IMG/VR virus record: IMGVR_UViG_3300029705_000039
Source of the DNA: a virus
Lineage: Duplodnaviria; Caudoviricetes
Direction: 5' to 3' (one strand)
DNA length: 64,000 bases
Numbering within the stretch: the stretch's first letter is position 1; each line of letters begins with the position of its first letter. The position numbers were made by a program, and so were the translations under genes. The notes under the pieces were generated by a model. The model worked only from the letters and a program-made list of their open reading frames with translations, ran no database searches and was not told the origin of the DNA. This document shows positions 8,127 through 18,007 of the stretch, one piece after another.

Positions 8127-10067
8127 ATGAATTATAATGTAGATTTTCAAAAAACTATTGAAGATGCTTTCCTTATTTATGGCGGAAGCGTCGCACAAGA
8201 GCGTTCTGTCCCTGATGTGCGTGATGGCTTAAAAATTGGTTTGCGGCAGGGACTTTATTCTCAGTATCATAGCAAGCTTACTCATTCCCATAAATTCCAA
8301 AAGGCTCAGAAGTCTGTCGCAGCAGCAATGAGTCTTTGTTATGTTCATGGCGACGCTGCTATGTATGATACCTTCATTCGCGCGGCAAAGCCTTGGGCAT
8401 ATCGGTATCCTCTTGAAGAAGCTCAAGGTGCCGTTGGCAGCCAAGCTTCTCCCGATGACCATTCTGCCGCTCGATATGTTGAAATGCGTAGCAGCGAACT
8501 GGCAGATTATTTATTCGCAGGTTTGAAGAAGAATGCAGTCAAGGATTGGTATAATAACTATGACGATACCGAAAAAATCCCCAGTGTTCTCTGCCCTGTT
8601 GGTTTTTGGCCGCTGATTAATGGCTGTCAGGGTATTGCTGTTAGTTTTTCTACAAGTTCTCCGCAGTATAATCTTCGAGAAGTAAATGCGGCTCTTGAAA
8701 AACTTATCCTCAATCCTGACGCCGATTTTAATAGCATTTATTGTGCTCCCGATTTTGCTACTGGTGGCATTGTGGTAAATGCACAAGAAACCAAAGAAAG
8801 CATTAAAAATGGTAGCGGTAAGGCTTGCCGCATTAGAGCAAAGCTTGAATATATGGGCAAGGAAAATTGTATTAAGGCAACGGAACTTCCTTACGGTGTT
8901 TATACCAATACCGTTATTGCCCAGCTTGCCGCTCTTACTGAGGAAGATGAAAATTATGGTATTGCGAAAGTAATCGACCATACAAAGAAAACCGCAGATA
9001 TTCGTATTTATCTAAATAAGGATGCTAATCCCGCAGTTATGATGCGGAAGCTTTACGCAGATACTTCTCTTGAAAGTTCTTTTGCGATTAATCAAATCTT
9101 TCTTGACCAAGGCCGCTTTCCGCGTGTATTCGGTTGGCGAGATGCTTGCCTTGCTTATATCGCTCATATGAATGAATGTAAGCGACGCGAACTGAAATTC
9201 GATATGGATGCTCTTATTCATCGCAATCATATCCTTGATGGCCTCAAAATTGCCCTCGCCAATATCGATGATGTTGTAGCCCTTATTCGCAACAGTGAAA
9301 ACGCGGCAAAGGCTAAGATTGGTCTAATGGAACGTTATGGTTTGGATGACGAGCAGGCCAAGGCAATTCTGGATATGAAGCTTCAGCGACTTGCTAATCT
9401 TGAGGCGATTAAGGTTAATACAGAGTTTGAAGAAAACGCCGCGAAAATCGACTATCTTGGCAACATTCTCGGCAGTCAGGATGAAGTTAATAAACTTCTA
9501 ATTGCGGCCTTGCGAGAAGTTGCGGAAAAGTTTGGCGATGCCCGCCGCACTCAGTTGATGAATCTGTCTGAACAGGTAGAAGAAATTAAGGAAGAAGAAG
9601 TAATTCTTAGTGTAAGTGGCAATACTATTAAGGTTGTTAAGCGTGGCGTAAAAGATATTATTAAAACCACCAATCTTAGCACTATTGTTTTCGTCACTGA
9701 TGAAGCAAAGATGTATAAGGTTCCTGTTGCTAATATTATCGAAGCAGGTAGCGCGAAAATTTCTACTCTTATCAAGGACAGTGCCACTATTGTATTTGTT
9801 GGCGATTTAGCACAAATCCAATTAAATAAATATTGGATGTTTGCTACAAAAGATGGTATGATTAAAAAGAGCGCCGTCGGAGAATATAATTATAACGGTC
9901 GCCAAGGCAATAAAATGATGAAGTTGCGGGAAAAAGATTCTATCATTTCTTGTGGAGTTTTCACTTCAGATTTGGAGAGTTTCAACTTTTTTGGCGGTGG
10001 TTCTGTTTTAGTGGGCAATGTAAAAGTCACCACTAAAACCGCAATGGGTAATAAAATGATTAAATGA
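8127..10067 (+). CDS. gyrA: Type IIA topoisomerase subunit A (GyrA/ParC-like, short C-terminal domain)
   Basis: PDVRDGLK, HGD, AARY (catalytic Tyr), NG..GIAV, PDFATGG, QAKAILDMKLQRL. Confidence 0.92.
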   Translation: MNYNVDFQKTIEDAFLIYGGSVAQERSVPDVRDGLKIGLRQGLYSQYHSKLTHSHKFQKAQKSVAAAMSLCYVHGDAAMYDTFIRAAKPWAYRYPLEEAQGAVGSQASPDDHSAARYVEMRSSELADYLFAGLKKNAVKDWYNNYDDTEKIPSVLCPVGFWPLINGCQGIAVSFSTSSPQYNLREVNAALEKLILNPDADFNSIYCAPDFATGGIVVNAQETKESIKNGSGKACRIRAKLEYMGKENCIKATELPYGVYTNTVIAQLAALTEEDENYGIAKVIDHTKKTADIRIYLNKDANPAVMMRKLYADTSLESSFAINQIFLDQGRFPRVFGWRDACLAYIAHMNECKRRELKFDMDALIHRNHILDGLKIALANIDDVVALIRNSENAAKAKIGLMERYGLDDEQAKAILDMKLQRLANLEAIKVNTEFEENAAKIDYLGNILGSQDEVNKLLIAALREVAEKFGDARRTQLMNLSEQVEEIKEEEVILSVSGNTIKVVKRGVKDIIKTTNLSTIVFVTDEAKMYKVPVANIIEAGSAKISTLIKDSATIVFVGDLAQIQLNKYWMFATKDGMIKKSAVGEYNYNGRQGNKMMKLREKDSIISCGVFTSDLESFNFFGGGSVLVGNVKVTTKTAMGNKMIK

Positions 10068-10077
10068 GGAGAAAAGA

Positions 10078-10446
10078 ATGAATAAGCAGTATTAGGAATT
10101 ATTTCAAATGGTAGCCCGCAACGGCGCGTTGAATGCGGAAAAAGCAATGGAAACATTAGGTGAGAATGCGGATGCCGAAAAGATAGACGTATTGGTTGAG
10201 ATGCGAGACCGTTTTAATCTTTTAGAGGATAAGTTTCTAAAAGGAGAAAGTGATTTTGAATTAACTGATTTTATGCAGTTATATGCGGGCGCGATGGTAT
10301 CTCGTAATATTATTCAGAAAAATATTGATACCTGGGCCGCGATTGTAAAGGAATATGACGATAATCTAATTCCCAAATTATATGAAGTAGCAAGCACTAC
10401 AGAAGATGCTAAACGTGCTTCATTAATTGAAGAATATTTTTCATAA
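10078..10446 (+). CDS. Hypothetical protein with a single TAG at codon 6
   Basis: RBS GAGGAG precedes ATG 10078, in frame with track ORF 10108; MNKQY*ELFQMVARN. Confidence 0.7.
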
Positions 10447-10447
10447 T

Positions 10448-10476
10448 TTGACAAAACTAAAATTTTAATATATAAT
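10448..10476 (+). promoter_or_regulatory. sigmaA-type promoter
   Basis: TTGACA-17bp-TATAAT. Confidence 0.8.
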
Positions 10477-10502
10477 ATTTATGTAATGAGGTAAATCAAA
10501 TT

Positions 10503-10859
10503 ATGACTGAAAATGCTAAAAAGGTTTTAAACTTTCTACAGAAAAATTATGGTAAAGAATTTACAAAACACGAAATTGTTGAAAAAATCGATATTAATAT
10601 GTCCGCGGTAAGTGGCTCTGTTAATGGATTAGTTAGTAGAGGGCTTGCGACTGAGCGAAGAGAACTCATTCAGGGGCGCTTTAAGGGTGAAAAAGATACT
10701 GAAATTCGTTATGTGAAATTAACTGAAAAAGGTAAAGAATATGACCCTGATGAAGAAGAACGTCGTCAAGCGGAAGCCCATCTTGAACTGGTCGCGGCAC
10801 GAAAGAAAGAACGAGCAAGGCTTAAAGCCGAACGTGCTAAATTAAATTCTGTACTATAA
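10503..10859 (+). CDS. Winged-helix (MarR-like) DNA-binding protein
   Basis: VLNFL..TKHEIVEKIDINMSAVSGSVNGLVSRGL...YVKLTEKG. Confidence 0.7.
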   Translation: MTENAKKVLNFLQKNYGKEFTKHEIVEKIDINMSAVSGSVNGLVSRGLATERRELIQGRFKGEKDTEIRYVKLTEKGKEYDPDEEERRQAEAHLELVAARKKERARLKAERAKLNSVL

Positions 10860-10901
10860 ATAATAAAATAATTAAAAGATATTTTGGAGGAAAAAGAAAT
10901 T

Positions 10902-11861
10902 ATGTATAAGTCTATTGATACCCCTGCTCTAAATAGTGTTGTAATTAATGGTGCTCTACTCGGTCTGGATATGCGTGAAGGCAAGAGCGCGCCTTCTAAG
11001 GGAAGCAAGCCTTATCGTTCTGTAAATGCTACTGTTCGTGTAAATCAGACTTATGGCGGCAAGAGCGAAGTAAGCGAACTTCCTGTAAGTTTTATTGCTA
11101 TGAAGCATAAGAAGGATGGCACTGATAACCCCGTATATGAAACTCTTGGCAAGTATGCTACTGAGTATCATACTGCTCAGAAGGATGGCATTGAGAATGC
11201 GACTAATGTAAATGTCAATGGCCGTCGTGGCAATGGCTCTCTAAGTGAGAATATGTTTGCCACTCCTCAGAATCCCGAAACTGTTGTTTCTGGTTGGAAT
11301 ATTAATGCCTCTTTCCTAAACGAAAATCGCAATGTTGCTCCTGGCAACAGTGGTGATTGTGCTACTTTTGATATTGAAATTTTCATCCTCAATCTAGACC
11401 GTGAAGTTTCTCCCGAAGGCGAAGAGACTGGACGTCTAAAGATTCGCGGCGGCGTAGTTAAGTTCGGTCGTAAGTTAGATTGTTTGGATTTCTTTGTAGA
11501 AGATAAGGGCGCGATTGATTATATCGAGCGCAACTATAATGTAAATGATACTGCTCACTTTGTTGGCCGCATTCGTTTCACTTCTGAAACTGTGTCTTAC
11601 GAAACCTCCAATACTTGGGGTGAATCCATTCCTCAGACTTCTACTCGTAAGAAGCGTGAGCTAATCATTACTGGTCCTGGTGTCGGCGGCGAAGATGGTC
11701 CCTATGATGAGGAACGTTCCTATGACCCTGAAGATATTCGTGTTCTGGTTGCCGACCGCAACGCTCTAAAGGAACAGAAGAAGATGGAAGCTCGTGCCAA
11801 GGCTTCCAAGCCCACAGCAAGCGCGGCAGCACCTAAGCCCACTTACGGTTGGGAAGAGTAA
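10902..11861 (+). CDS. Putative single-stranded DNA-binding protein (tandem OB-fold-like)
   Basis: RBS GGAGG; beta-rich duplicated pattern, acidic/aromatic C-tail (YGWEE), located next to the Sak4-like ATPase. Confidence 0.55.
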   Translation: MYKSIDTPALNSVVINGALLGLDMREGKSAPSKGSKPYRSVNATVRVNQTYGGKSEVSELPVSFIAMKHKKDGTDNPVYETLGKYATEYHTAQKDGIENATNVNVNGRRGNGSLSENMFATPQNPETVVSGWNINASFLNENRNVAPGNSGDCATFDIEIFILNLDREVSPEGEETGRLKIRGGVVKFGRKLDCLDFFVEDKGAIDYIERNYNVNDTAHFVGRIRFTSETVSYETSNTWGESIPQTSTRKKRELIITGPGVGGEDGPYDEERSYDPEDIRVLVADRNALKEQKKMEARAKASKPTASAAAPKPTYGWEE

Positions 11862-11873
11862 TCTCTTCCCACC
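11848..11873 (+). terminator. Stem-loop at the end of the SSB-like gene
   Basis: GGGAAGAG-TAAT-CTCTTCCC; no clear U-tract. Confidence 0.35.
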
Positions 11874-11926
11874 GTCCCCTCGTAGAATAAATAAGAAAGA
11901 TATAAGAAAGGAGAATATAATTAATT

Positions 11927-12919
11927 ATGGCTAATATTGATATTTTTAACATTCAACCTACACAGCTATGTAAGGACCTACGAGGTCGTTTTGTAATGTT
12001 ATATGGTCAGGCTAAGAGTGGTAAGACTTCTATGTCCGCAATGTGGCCTAAGCCCCTACTGGTTGCTTTTGAGAAAGGCTATAACGCTCTGGTTGGTGTG
12101 CGGCCTGCTGACGTTGCTTCTTGGGCAGATTTTAAGTCCATTTGCCGCCAGCTAAAGAAGCCTGAAGCAAAAGAACTTTATGAAACCATTGTAATTGATA
12201 CTATCGCTATTGCTTATGCTCTCTGCGAAAAGTACATTCTAAATCGCGAAGGTGTCCAGGCAATTGGTGATATTGGTTATGGTAAGGGCTGGGGTATGCT
12301 AAAGGACGAGTTTGAAACTACTTTCCGTGAGTTAACCCAGTTGGGTTATGCTATTGTATTCATTGCTCACTCTAAGACTAAGAAAACTGAATATACTGAT
12401 GAAGAGGGCAATGAACTTGATGCTTTGGCTCCTGACCTGCCCAATGCTGCTTATCAGATTGTAAACCGAATGGTTGACGTTATTGGTTATATCGGCGTTG
12501 AATATGACCTAAAGAGCGGTCAGTCTTATCGCTACCTCTATACTCGCGGCACGCCCACTATTTTTGCGGGTAGTCGTTATAAGTACCTGGCTCCTAAGAT
12601 TGAACTTGGTTATAAGCAGTTGGTAGATGCTATTGCGGAAGCCATGGAAAAGGAAGCGGAACTAACTGGCACTGGTTTTGTAAGTGAGCAGGAAATCAAT
12701 TATAATGTTGGTATTCCGAAGCGTTCTTTTGAAGAGACTATGACCGAAGCAAAGGACCTATGGAATAAGATTATTAAGGCTAAGGGTGAGGAAGGCCGCG
12801 AAGCCATTAAAAACGCAATTTCTCAGGTATTCGGCCACGATATGCAGCTCTCTCGCGCCACTCCTGAACAGCAGGATATGGTAGAGTTGGTAATTGAAGA
12901 CCTGCGTAAAATCCTATAA
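11927..12919 (+). CDS. AAA_24 / Sak4-like recombination ATPase
   Basis: Walker A GQAKSGKT, FEKG, Walker B IVIDT, GYGKGW, FIAH, VDVIGY. Confidence 0.8.
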   Translation: MANIDIFNIQPTQLCKDLRGRFVMLYGQAKSGKTSMSAMWPKPLLVAFEKGYNALVGVRPADVASWADFKSICRQLKKPEAKELYETIVIDTIAIAYALCEKYILNREGVQAIGDIGYGKGWGMLKDEFETTFRELTQLGYAIVFIAHSKTKKTEYTDEEGNELDALAPDLPNAAYQIVNRMVDVIGYIGVEYDLKSGQSYRYLYTRGTPTIFAGSRYKYLAPKIELGYKQLVDAIAEAMEKEAELTGTGFVSEQEINYNVGIPKRSFEETMTEAKDLWNKIIKAKGEEGREAIKNAISQVFGHDMQLSRATPEQQDMVELVIEDLRKIL

Positions 12920-12938
12920 TAGAGGTTAGATAGATAAT

Positions 12939-12968
12939 AACCCCGGTAGTTATACCGGGGTTTTATTT
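12939..12968 (+). terminator. Intrinsic terminator
   Basis: AACCCCGGTA-GTTA-TACCGGGGTT then TTATTT. Confidence 0.75.
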
Positions 12969-12995
12969 GACAAAAGTTAAATTTTATTATATAAT
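12967..12995 (+). promoter_or_regulatory. sigmaA-type promoter of the helicase/primase operon
   Basis: TTGACA-17bp-TATAAT. Confidence 0.8.
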
Positions 12996-13020
12996 GGTTA
13001 TAGAAAGGTGGTATATAAAT

Positions 13021-13503
13021 ATGCTTAGATGTAAAACTTGTCGCAAACAATGTCCAGAAAATACAGTGATTACTCATAATGGTTTGTATTTTTGTTGTGA
13101 AGAATGTTTTACGTCTTTTTTGATTAAAGAAAAGGAACAAGAAGATAGGAATTATTGTTATGCTACAATTAGCCGCATATTTGGAGTAAGGCCGCTTACA
13201 CCAAAATTATTTACAGAAGTAAAGCGGACTTGCGAAAATGAAAAACTTACATACAAAAATCTTGCGGCGGTACTTCATTATATGTATGAAGTAAAGCAAA
13301 TTCCTATTTATAGTCCTACTTTATTTTATGTGCCACAATATGTAGAGGAAGCAAAAGGATATTATCAAACAATTCAGACTAGAATTGACCAAGCAGAAGA
13401 GCTAATCAAAAAGGACAAAAAAAGAAATAGTGTTGTTGTGAAACCTAATTATAAAAATAATAAACGAACTTTGGGTATCAAAATTAATCTAGAAGATGTA
13501 TAA
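13021..13503 (+). CDS. Hypothetical protein with N-terminal Cys cluster (possible helicase accessory)
   Basis: RBS AAGGTGG, ATG 13021; CKTC...FCCEEC; directly upstream of the helicase. Confidence 0.6.
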   Translation: MLRCKTCRKQCPENTVITHNGLYFCCEECFTSFLIKEKEQEDRNYCYATISRIFGVRPLTPKLFTEVKRTCENEKLTYKNLAAVLHYMYEVKQIPIYSPTLFYVPQYVEEAKGYYQTIQTRIDQAEELIKKDKKRNSVVVKPNYKNNKRTLGIKINLEDV

Positions 13504-13515
13504 AGGAGTAGGCCA

Positions 13516-15102
13516 ATGACTTTTAATAATACTGATTTGTATTGCCAGGTTCTTGGCAGTATTATGAAAGAACCGTCAGTGTTAGGTAATTTGCCTATGC
13601 CTATTGCCATAGACGATTTTAGCACAGAAAACCAAATTACTCGGGTAGTTTATTTCTCACTATCAAATCTAATTGAGGGCGGCACGGTAACTATTAATGC
13701 TGTTACCATTGAGGCATTTTTGCAAGGTTATCCTTCACTATTACAAACTTATAATAAAAACAACGGGCGTCAATTTGTTCTAATGTGCTTAGATAAAGGA
13801 CAGCCTGAAAATTTTATGGCATTCTATAGTAGACTAAAAAAGAATGCCTTACTGCGCGAACTAAGTCTTAAGGGATATGATATTTCTCCTTATGACTTTG
13901 AATCGGCTTCCCCTGGTAGCCGGCAAGAATTTGAATGTATTACACGTTATGAAGAAGCAACTGAAGAAGATATTCTTGCCTATGTAGAAAAAACATTTGC
14001 ATCTATTCGTTCTAAATATACTTATGGAGCTTCAGGATATATCAATGCAGCAGATGGACTTGAAGAGTTGCTTGAAGAATTAAAAGTAAGTCCTGAAATT
14101 GGTCCGGAATTGAATGGAGCCTATTATAATTCTATTGTTGGTGGCGCATTGCGCGGCCGTATGTATCTTCGTTCTGGCGGCACCAATGTAGGTAAGACTC
14201 GTTGGGCAGTATTCGATGCTTGTAGTATTATTTATCCTATCAGATATGATGAAAACGCAAAGAACTTTATATGGATTAAAGATAAAGTTCCTCAAAAGGT
14301 TTTATTTGTTACTACAGAAATGACCGCGAAAGAAATACAAACAATTATTTTGGCTTACGTTTCTGGTGTAGAAGAACAACATATTAAACGAAATGCTTGT
14401 ACAACAGAAGAAGCCGAACGCGTAAAGATTGGTCTAGAAATTATGAAAAAATATAATCAATTTTTCTTTTTGGAAATGATTGAAAATCCAAATCTTACGA
14501 ATGTACAGAGTACGATTAAAAAACATATTTTGCTTAATGATGTAGGATATATATTTTATGACTACATCTTTACTTCACCTTCTCTAATTAGTCAATTTAG
14601 TTCTAGTGGTATTCGAGAAGATGTGGCCCTAGGATTGTTGAGTAATCAATTAAAAGAAATTGCGGCAAATTATAATGTATTTGTAGCGACAAGTACGCAG
14701 GTAAATGGCGATGGTTTAAAAGCGGGAGAAAAACGTGACCAACGGGCATTAAGAGGTTCAAAAGCCATTGCTGATAAAGCAGATGTCGGCTGTCTTATTG
14801 CAAAAGTAACTCCTGAAGAATTAGAGCAAATTCATCCATATATTAAGGAATACGGTTCTCCAACTCATGTAACAGATATTTACAAATTACGTAGTGGTAC
14901 ATATAAAGGATGCCGCATTTGGTCAAAAATAAATCTTGGTACTGGCCATAAAATTGATTTGTTTTTGACTGATGAGGCAGGTAATTTAATTACTATGGAA
15001 GATTATGAGTATCTTCCTCCGCTTCCAGGTGAAACAATTTGGATTAATAAGCAGTTTTTAGATTCTATCCCAATAGATGATGAAAGGAATGATGAATTTT
15101 AA
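13516..15102 (+). CDS. dnaB: DnaB-like replicative helicase
   Basis: Walker A SGGTNVGKT, TTEM, FYDYI, STQVN, LRGSKAIADKAD, YKLR. Confidence 0.85.
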   Translation: MTFNNTDLYCQVLGSIMKEPSVLGNLPMPIAIDDFSTENQITRVVYFSLSNLIEGGTVTINAVTIEAFLQGYPSLLQTYNKNNGRQFVLMCLDKGQPENFMAFYSRLKKNALLRELSLKGYDISPYDFESASPGSRQEFECITRYEEATEEDILAYVEKTFASIRSKYTYGASGYINAADGLEELLEELKVSPEIGPELNGAYYNSIVGGALRGRMYLRSGGTNVGKTRWAVFDACSIIYPIRYDENAKNFIWIKDKVPQKVLFVTTEMTAKEIQTIILAYVSGVEEQHIKRNACTTEEAERVKIGLEIMKKYNQFFFLEMIENPNLTNVQSTIKKHILLNDVGYIFYDYIFTSPSLISQFSSSGIREDVALGLLSNQLKEIAANYNVFVATSTQVNGDGLKAGEKRDQRALRGSKAIADKADVGCLIAKVTPEELEQIHPYIKEYGSPTHVTDIYKLRSGTYKGCRIWSKINLGTGHKIDLFLTDEAGNLITMEDYEYLPPLPGETIWINKQFLDSIPIDDERNDEF

Positions 15103-16220
15103 TGTGTCAATTTTCTGCTGATTTTAATGATGAATTAGCCCGCAGAAATGGATATAGTGATGATATCATTATTCAGTCTTTTACTTTAGATGATGTAGAA
15201 CGTTTTTTGCGTAGCCTTGGTGTAGAAGAAATTGACAAACAAGATGAATATCTAATTTGTCCCACAATTTGTCATAATCCGCTTGACCAGGCGGAAACAA
15301 TGAAGTTATATTATTATAATAAAACTAAAAACTTCCATTGTTATACCCAATGTAGTGAGAATTTTTCCATTATAACTTTATATCAACGTTATATGGAACT
15401 TAATCATCAAAAAATTACTTTTGATGAAGCAATTGATTATCTTCGTCGTTTTGTTTCTTTAAGGAACTATAATGAAGAAGATGTGCGGCCTAGTAATATT
15501 ACTTATGATTTTAGTATCGAAGAAAAGCAAGATATTATTACTTTGCCGCGTATTAATCCTAATGTAATGGATATGTTTATTCCTATGAGTCATCCCCTAT
15601 GGTTAAGTGAAGGAATTGACAGAGTAGTTCAAGAACAATTTAACATAAGGTTTTCATATCAGCAAAATAAAATTATTATTCCTCATTATGATATTAATGG
15701 CAATTTGGTTGGTATTAGAAGTAGAGCCATTGATAAGGAAGATTTAGCTTTTGGCAAATACCGTCCGGTACAAATCGGTACTGAGATGTATAACCATCAG
15801 TTAGGTTTTAATTTATATGGAATATGGGAACATAAGAAAGCGATTCAACGCACGAAAAGGGCAGTTATCTATGAAGGAGAAAAAAGCGTAATGCGCGATA
15901 GTTCTTTTTATGGCCCTTATAGTGTTGCAGTCGCGACTTGTGGTTCTCAATTAAATAGATTTCAAATTAATCTATTAATAAAAGAACTTGGCGTTAATGA
16001 AATTATTCTTGCCTATGATAAAGAGTATGAAAAAACTTTTGATACTGATGGTAAGAAATATAGACAGCGATTGATAAGTAAATGCGAAAAATATCGTGGC
16101 CTTGCAAATTTTTATTATATTTTTGATGAACACAATTTGCTTGATAGAAAAGATGCGCCTTGTGATAAAGGACAAGAAATATTAGAAACGTTAATGAAAA
16201 GGAGAATTAAAATTAAATGA
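15102..16220 (+). CDS. dnaG: DNA primase (zinc finger + TOPRIM)
   Basis: CPTICHN...HCYTQC; IIIP..GNLVGIRSR; EGEKS; LAYD; KD. Confidence 0.85.
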   Translation: MCQFSADFNDELARRNGYSDDIIIQSFTLDDVERFLRSLGVEEIDKQDEYLICPTICHNPLDQAETMKLYYYNKTKNFHCYTQCSENFSIITLYQRYMELNHQKITFDEAIDYLRRFVSLRNYNEEDVRPSNITYDFSIEEKQDIITLPRINPNVMDMFIPMSHPLWLSEGIDRVVQEQFNIRFSYQQNKIIIPHYDINGNLVGIRSRAIDKEDLAFGKYRPVQIGTEMYNHQLGFNLYGIWEHKKAIQRTKRAVIYEGEKSVMRDSSFYGPYSVAVATCGSQLNRFQINLLIKELGVNEIILAYDKEYEKTFDTDGKKYRQRLISKCEKYRGLANFYYIFDEHNLLDRKDAPCDKGQEILETLMKRRIKIK

Positions 16221-17950
16221 AATATAAGCTAAAATGGGAACTACCCCATGATGCCGCGACCTGTCTAGGATGGTTATTAGACGCACGCGGCGTAGAAGAT
16301 ATTGAAGGTTATGTATATCCAAGTAAAGATTATGAATTAAATCCTCGTCTACTTGATAATATTGATAGAGGCGCGAATTTGCTAAAGAAGCATCTTGATA
16401 ATGATAGTAATATTCTATTAGTTCAAGACTGTGATACAGATGGCATTATGAGTTCGGCGATGCTGTGGCTGTATATTAAAGATTTTTATCCAAATGCTAA
16501 GTTAGAGTATGTTTGCCACGAACATAAGCAGCATGGCCTAGAAGATATTATTGATGATATCGAAGAAAGTGATTATGATTTAATCATTCTTCCCGATGCC
16601 AGTAGCAACGATTATGATTATCATGAACGACTACATAATGCTCATAAAGATATCTTAGTAATTGATCACCATGAAGCAGAAAAATATAGCTATTATGCCG
16701 TTGTTGTAAATAATCAGTTATCTACAAATTATTCTAATAAATCCTTTAGCGGCGCAGGCATTGTTTATAAGTTTCTAATGGTAATGGATGAATTAATGGG
16801 TAAGCCGGGCCATTGCGAAAAATATATGGACCTATGTGCGCTAGCCAATGTTGCCGATTGTATGAGTATGAAGCATCCTGAAACTCGTTATTACATCATA
16901 GAAGGTTTAAAGCGAGTTCAGAATGATGGTTTCAAGGCTTTTATTAATCAGCAATCTTATTCTTTATTTAAAGAAACCAAAGAGCTTGGCTACATTGGAG
17001 TGGCTTTTTATATTGCTCCTCTACTAAATGCGGTAGTTCGTGTAGGCACAATGGAAGAAAAACGACTATTATTTGAAGCTTTTATTAACCCTAATAAGCT
17101 TATCCAGTCTGACAAGCGCGGAGCCAAGCCAGGCGATATGGAACGAGTTGCAGTTGAAATGGCTCGGCGTGCCTCCAATGCTCGTAATCGTCAGAATAAA
17201 ACGAAAGAGCGGGCAACAGAACTACTTGATATGCGGGTTCATAAGTACGATTTACTAGATAACAAAATTCTAATTATTCAGGTAGATGATAAAGACAATA
17301 TTCCCCAGGAACTGCGCGGTCTTATCTGCGCTCAATTTGTAAATCGCTATCATCGTCCTTGCGCGATTGTAGCACGAAATGATGAAGGTTTCCTCCGCGG
17401 CAGTATTCGTGGCAATGATTCGTTCGAAGAAGTTCCTGATTTCAAAGCGTTTCTAGAAAAGTCTGGTTTAATGGATTATGTCCAAGGCCATGCTAATGCG
17501 GCAGGTATGAGTATTCATGAAAGTAATCTGGAAGATTTACTTGCTTATGCGAATACACATATTTCAAATGAGGGCCTTTCAAATGTATATTATGTAGATT
17601 ATATCTTTAATGAAGATGAAGATTTTTCTGCTTTATTATTAAATATTGCGGCCCAACCTAATCTATGGGGCAATGATATTGAAGAGCCTATGGTTGTTGT
17701 AGAACGCATTCCTTATTATCGTGAGCAATTATTCGTAATGGGCGAAAATAAGGATTCTTCTAAATTTAATCATAATGGTGTGGAATACGTGAAATTTAAG
17801 GATTCTGATTATATTCAGGAAATGACCGCCTATGAACGCGGCTATATTACCGTTTATGGTAGCATTAAGCAGAATACTTGGGCTGGCCGCACCACTCCAC
17901 AAATTCTTATTCAAGATTACATTATTGAAGACGCTACCTATGATTTTTGA
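16217..17950 (+). CDS. recJ: RecJ-like DHH ssDNA exonuclease
   Basis: DCDTDG, HG, IDHH, SGAG, VAD, APLLNAVVR, GSIR, GHANAAG. Confidence 0.9.
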   Translation: MKYKLKWELPHDAATCLGWLLDARGVEDIEGYVYPSKDYELNPRLLDNIDRGANLLKKHLDNDSNILLVQDCDTDGIMSSAMLWLYIKDFYPNAKLEYVCHEHKQHGLEDIIDDIEESDYDLIILPDASSNDYDYHERLHNAHKDILVIDHHEAEKYSYYAVVVNNQLSTNYSNKSFSGAGIVYKFLMVMDELMGKPGHCEKYMDLCALANVADCMSMKHPETRYYIIEGLKRVQNDGFKAFINQQSYSLFKETKELGYIGVAFYIAPLLNAVVRVGTMEEKRLLFEAFINPNKLIQSDKRGAKPGDMERVAVEMARRASNARNRQNKTKERATELLDMRVHKYDLLDNKILIIQVDDKDNIPQELRGLICAQFVNRYHRPCAIVARNDEGFLRGSIRGNDSFEEVPDFKAFLEKSGLMDYVQGHANAAGMSIHESNLEDLLAYANTHISNEGLSNVYYVDYIFNEDEDFSALLLNIAAQPNLWGNDIEEPMVVVERIPYYREQLFVMGENKDSSKFNHNGVEYVKFKDSDYIQEMTAYERGYITVYGSIKQNTWAGRTTPQILIQDYIIEDATYDF

Positions 17951-17975
17951 CAAAATTTAAATTTTAGTGTATAAT
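17947..17975 (+). promoter_or_regulatory. sigmaA-type promoter upstream of dnaE
   Basis: TTGACA-17bp-TATAAT. Confidence 0.8.
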
Positions 17976-18007
17976 ATAAATAATTAGAGGAAGGAGAAAG
18001 TTGAAAG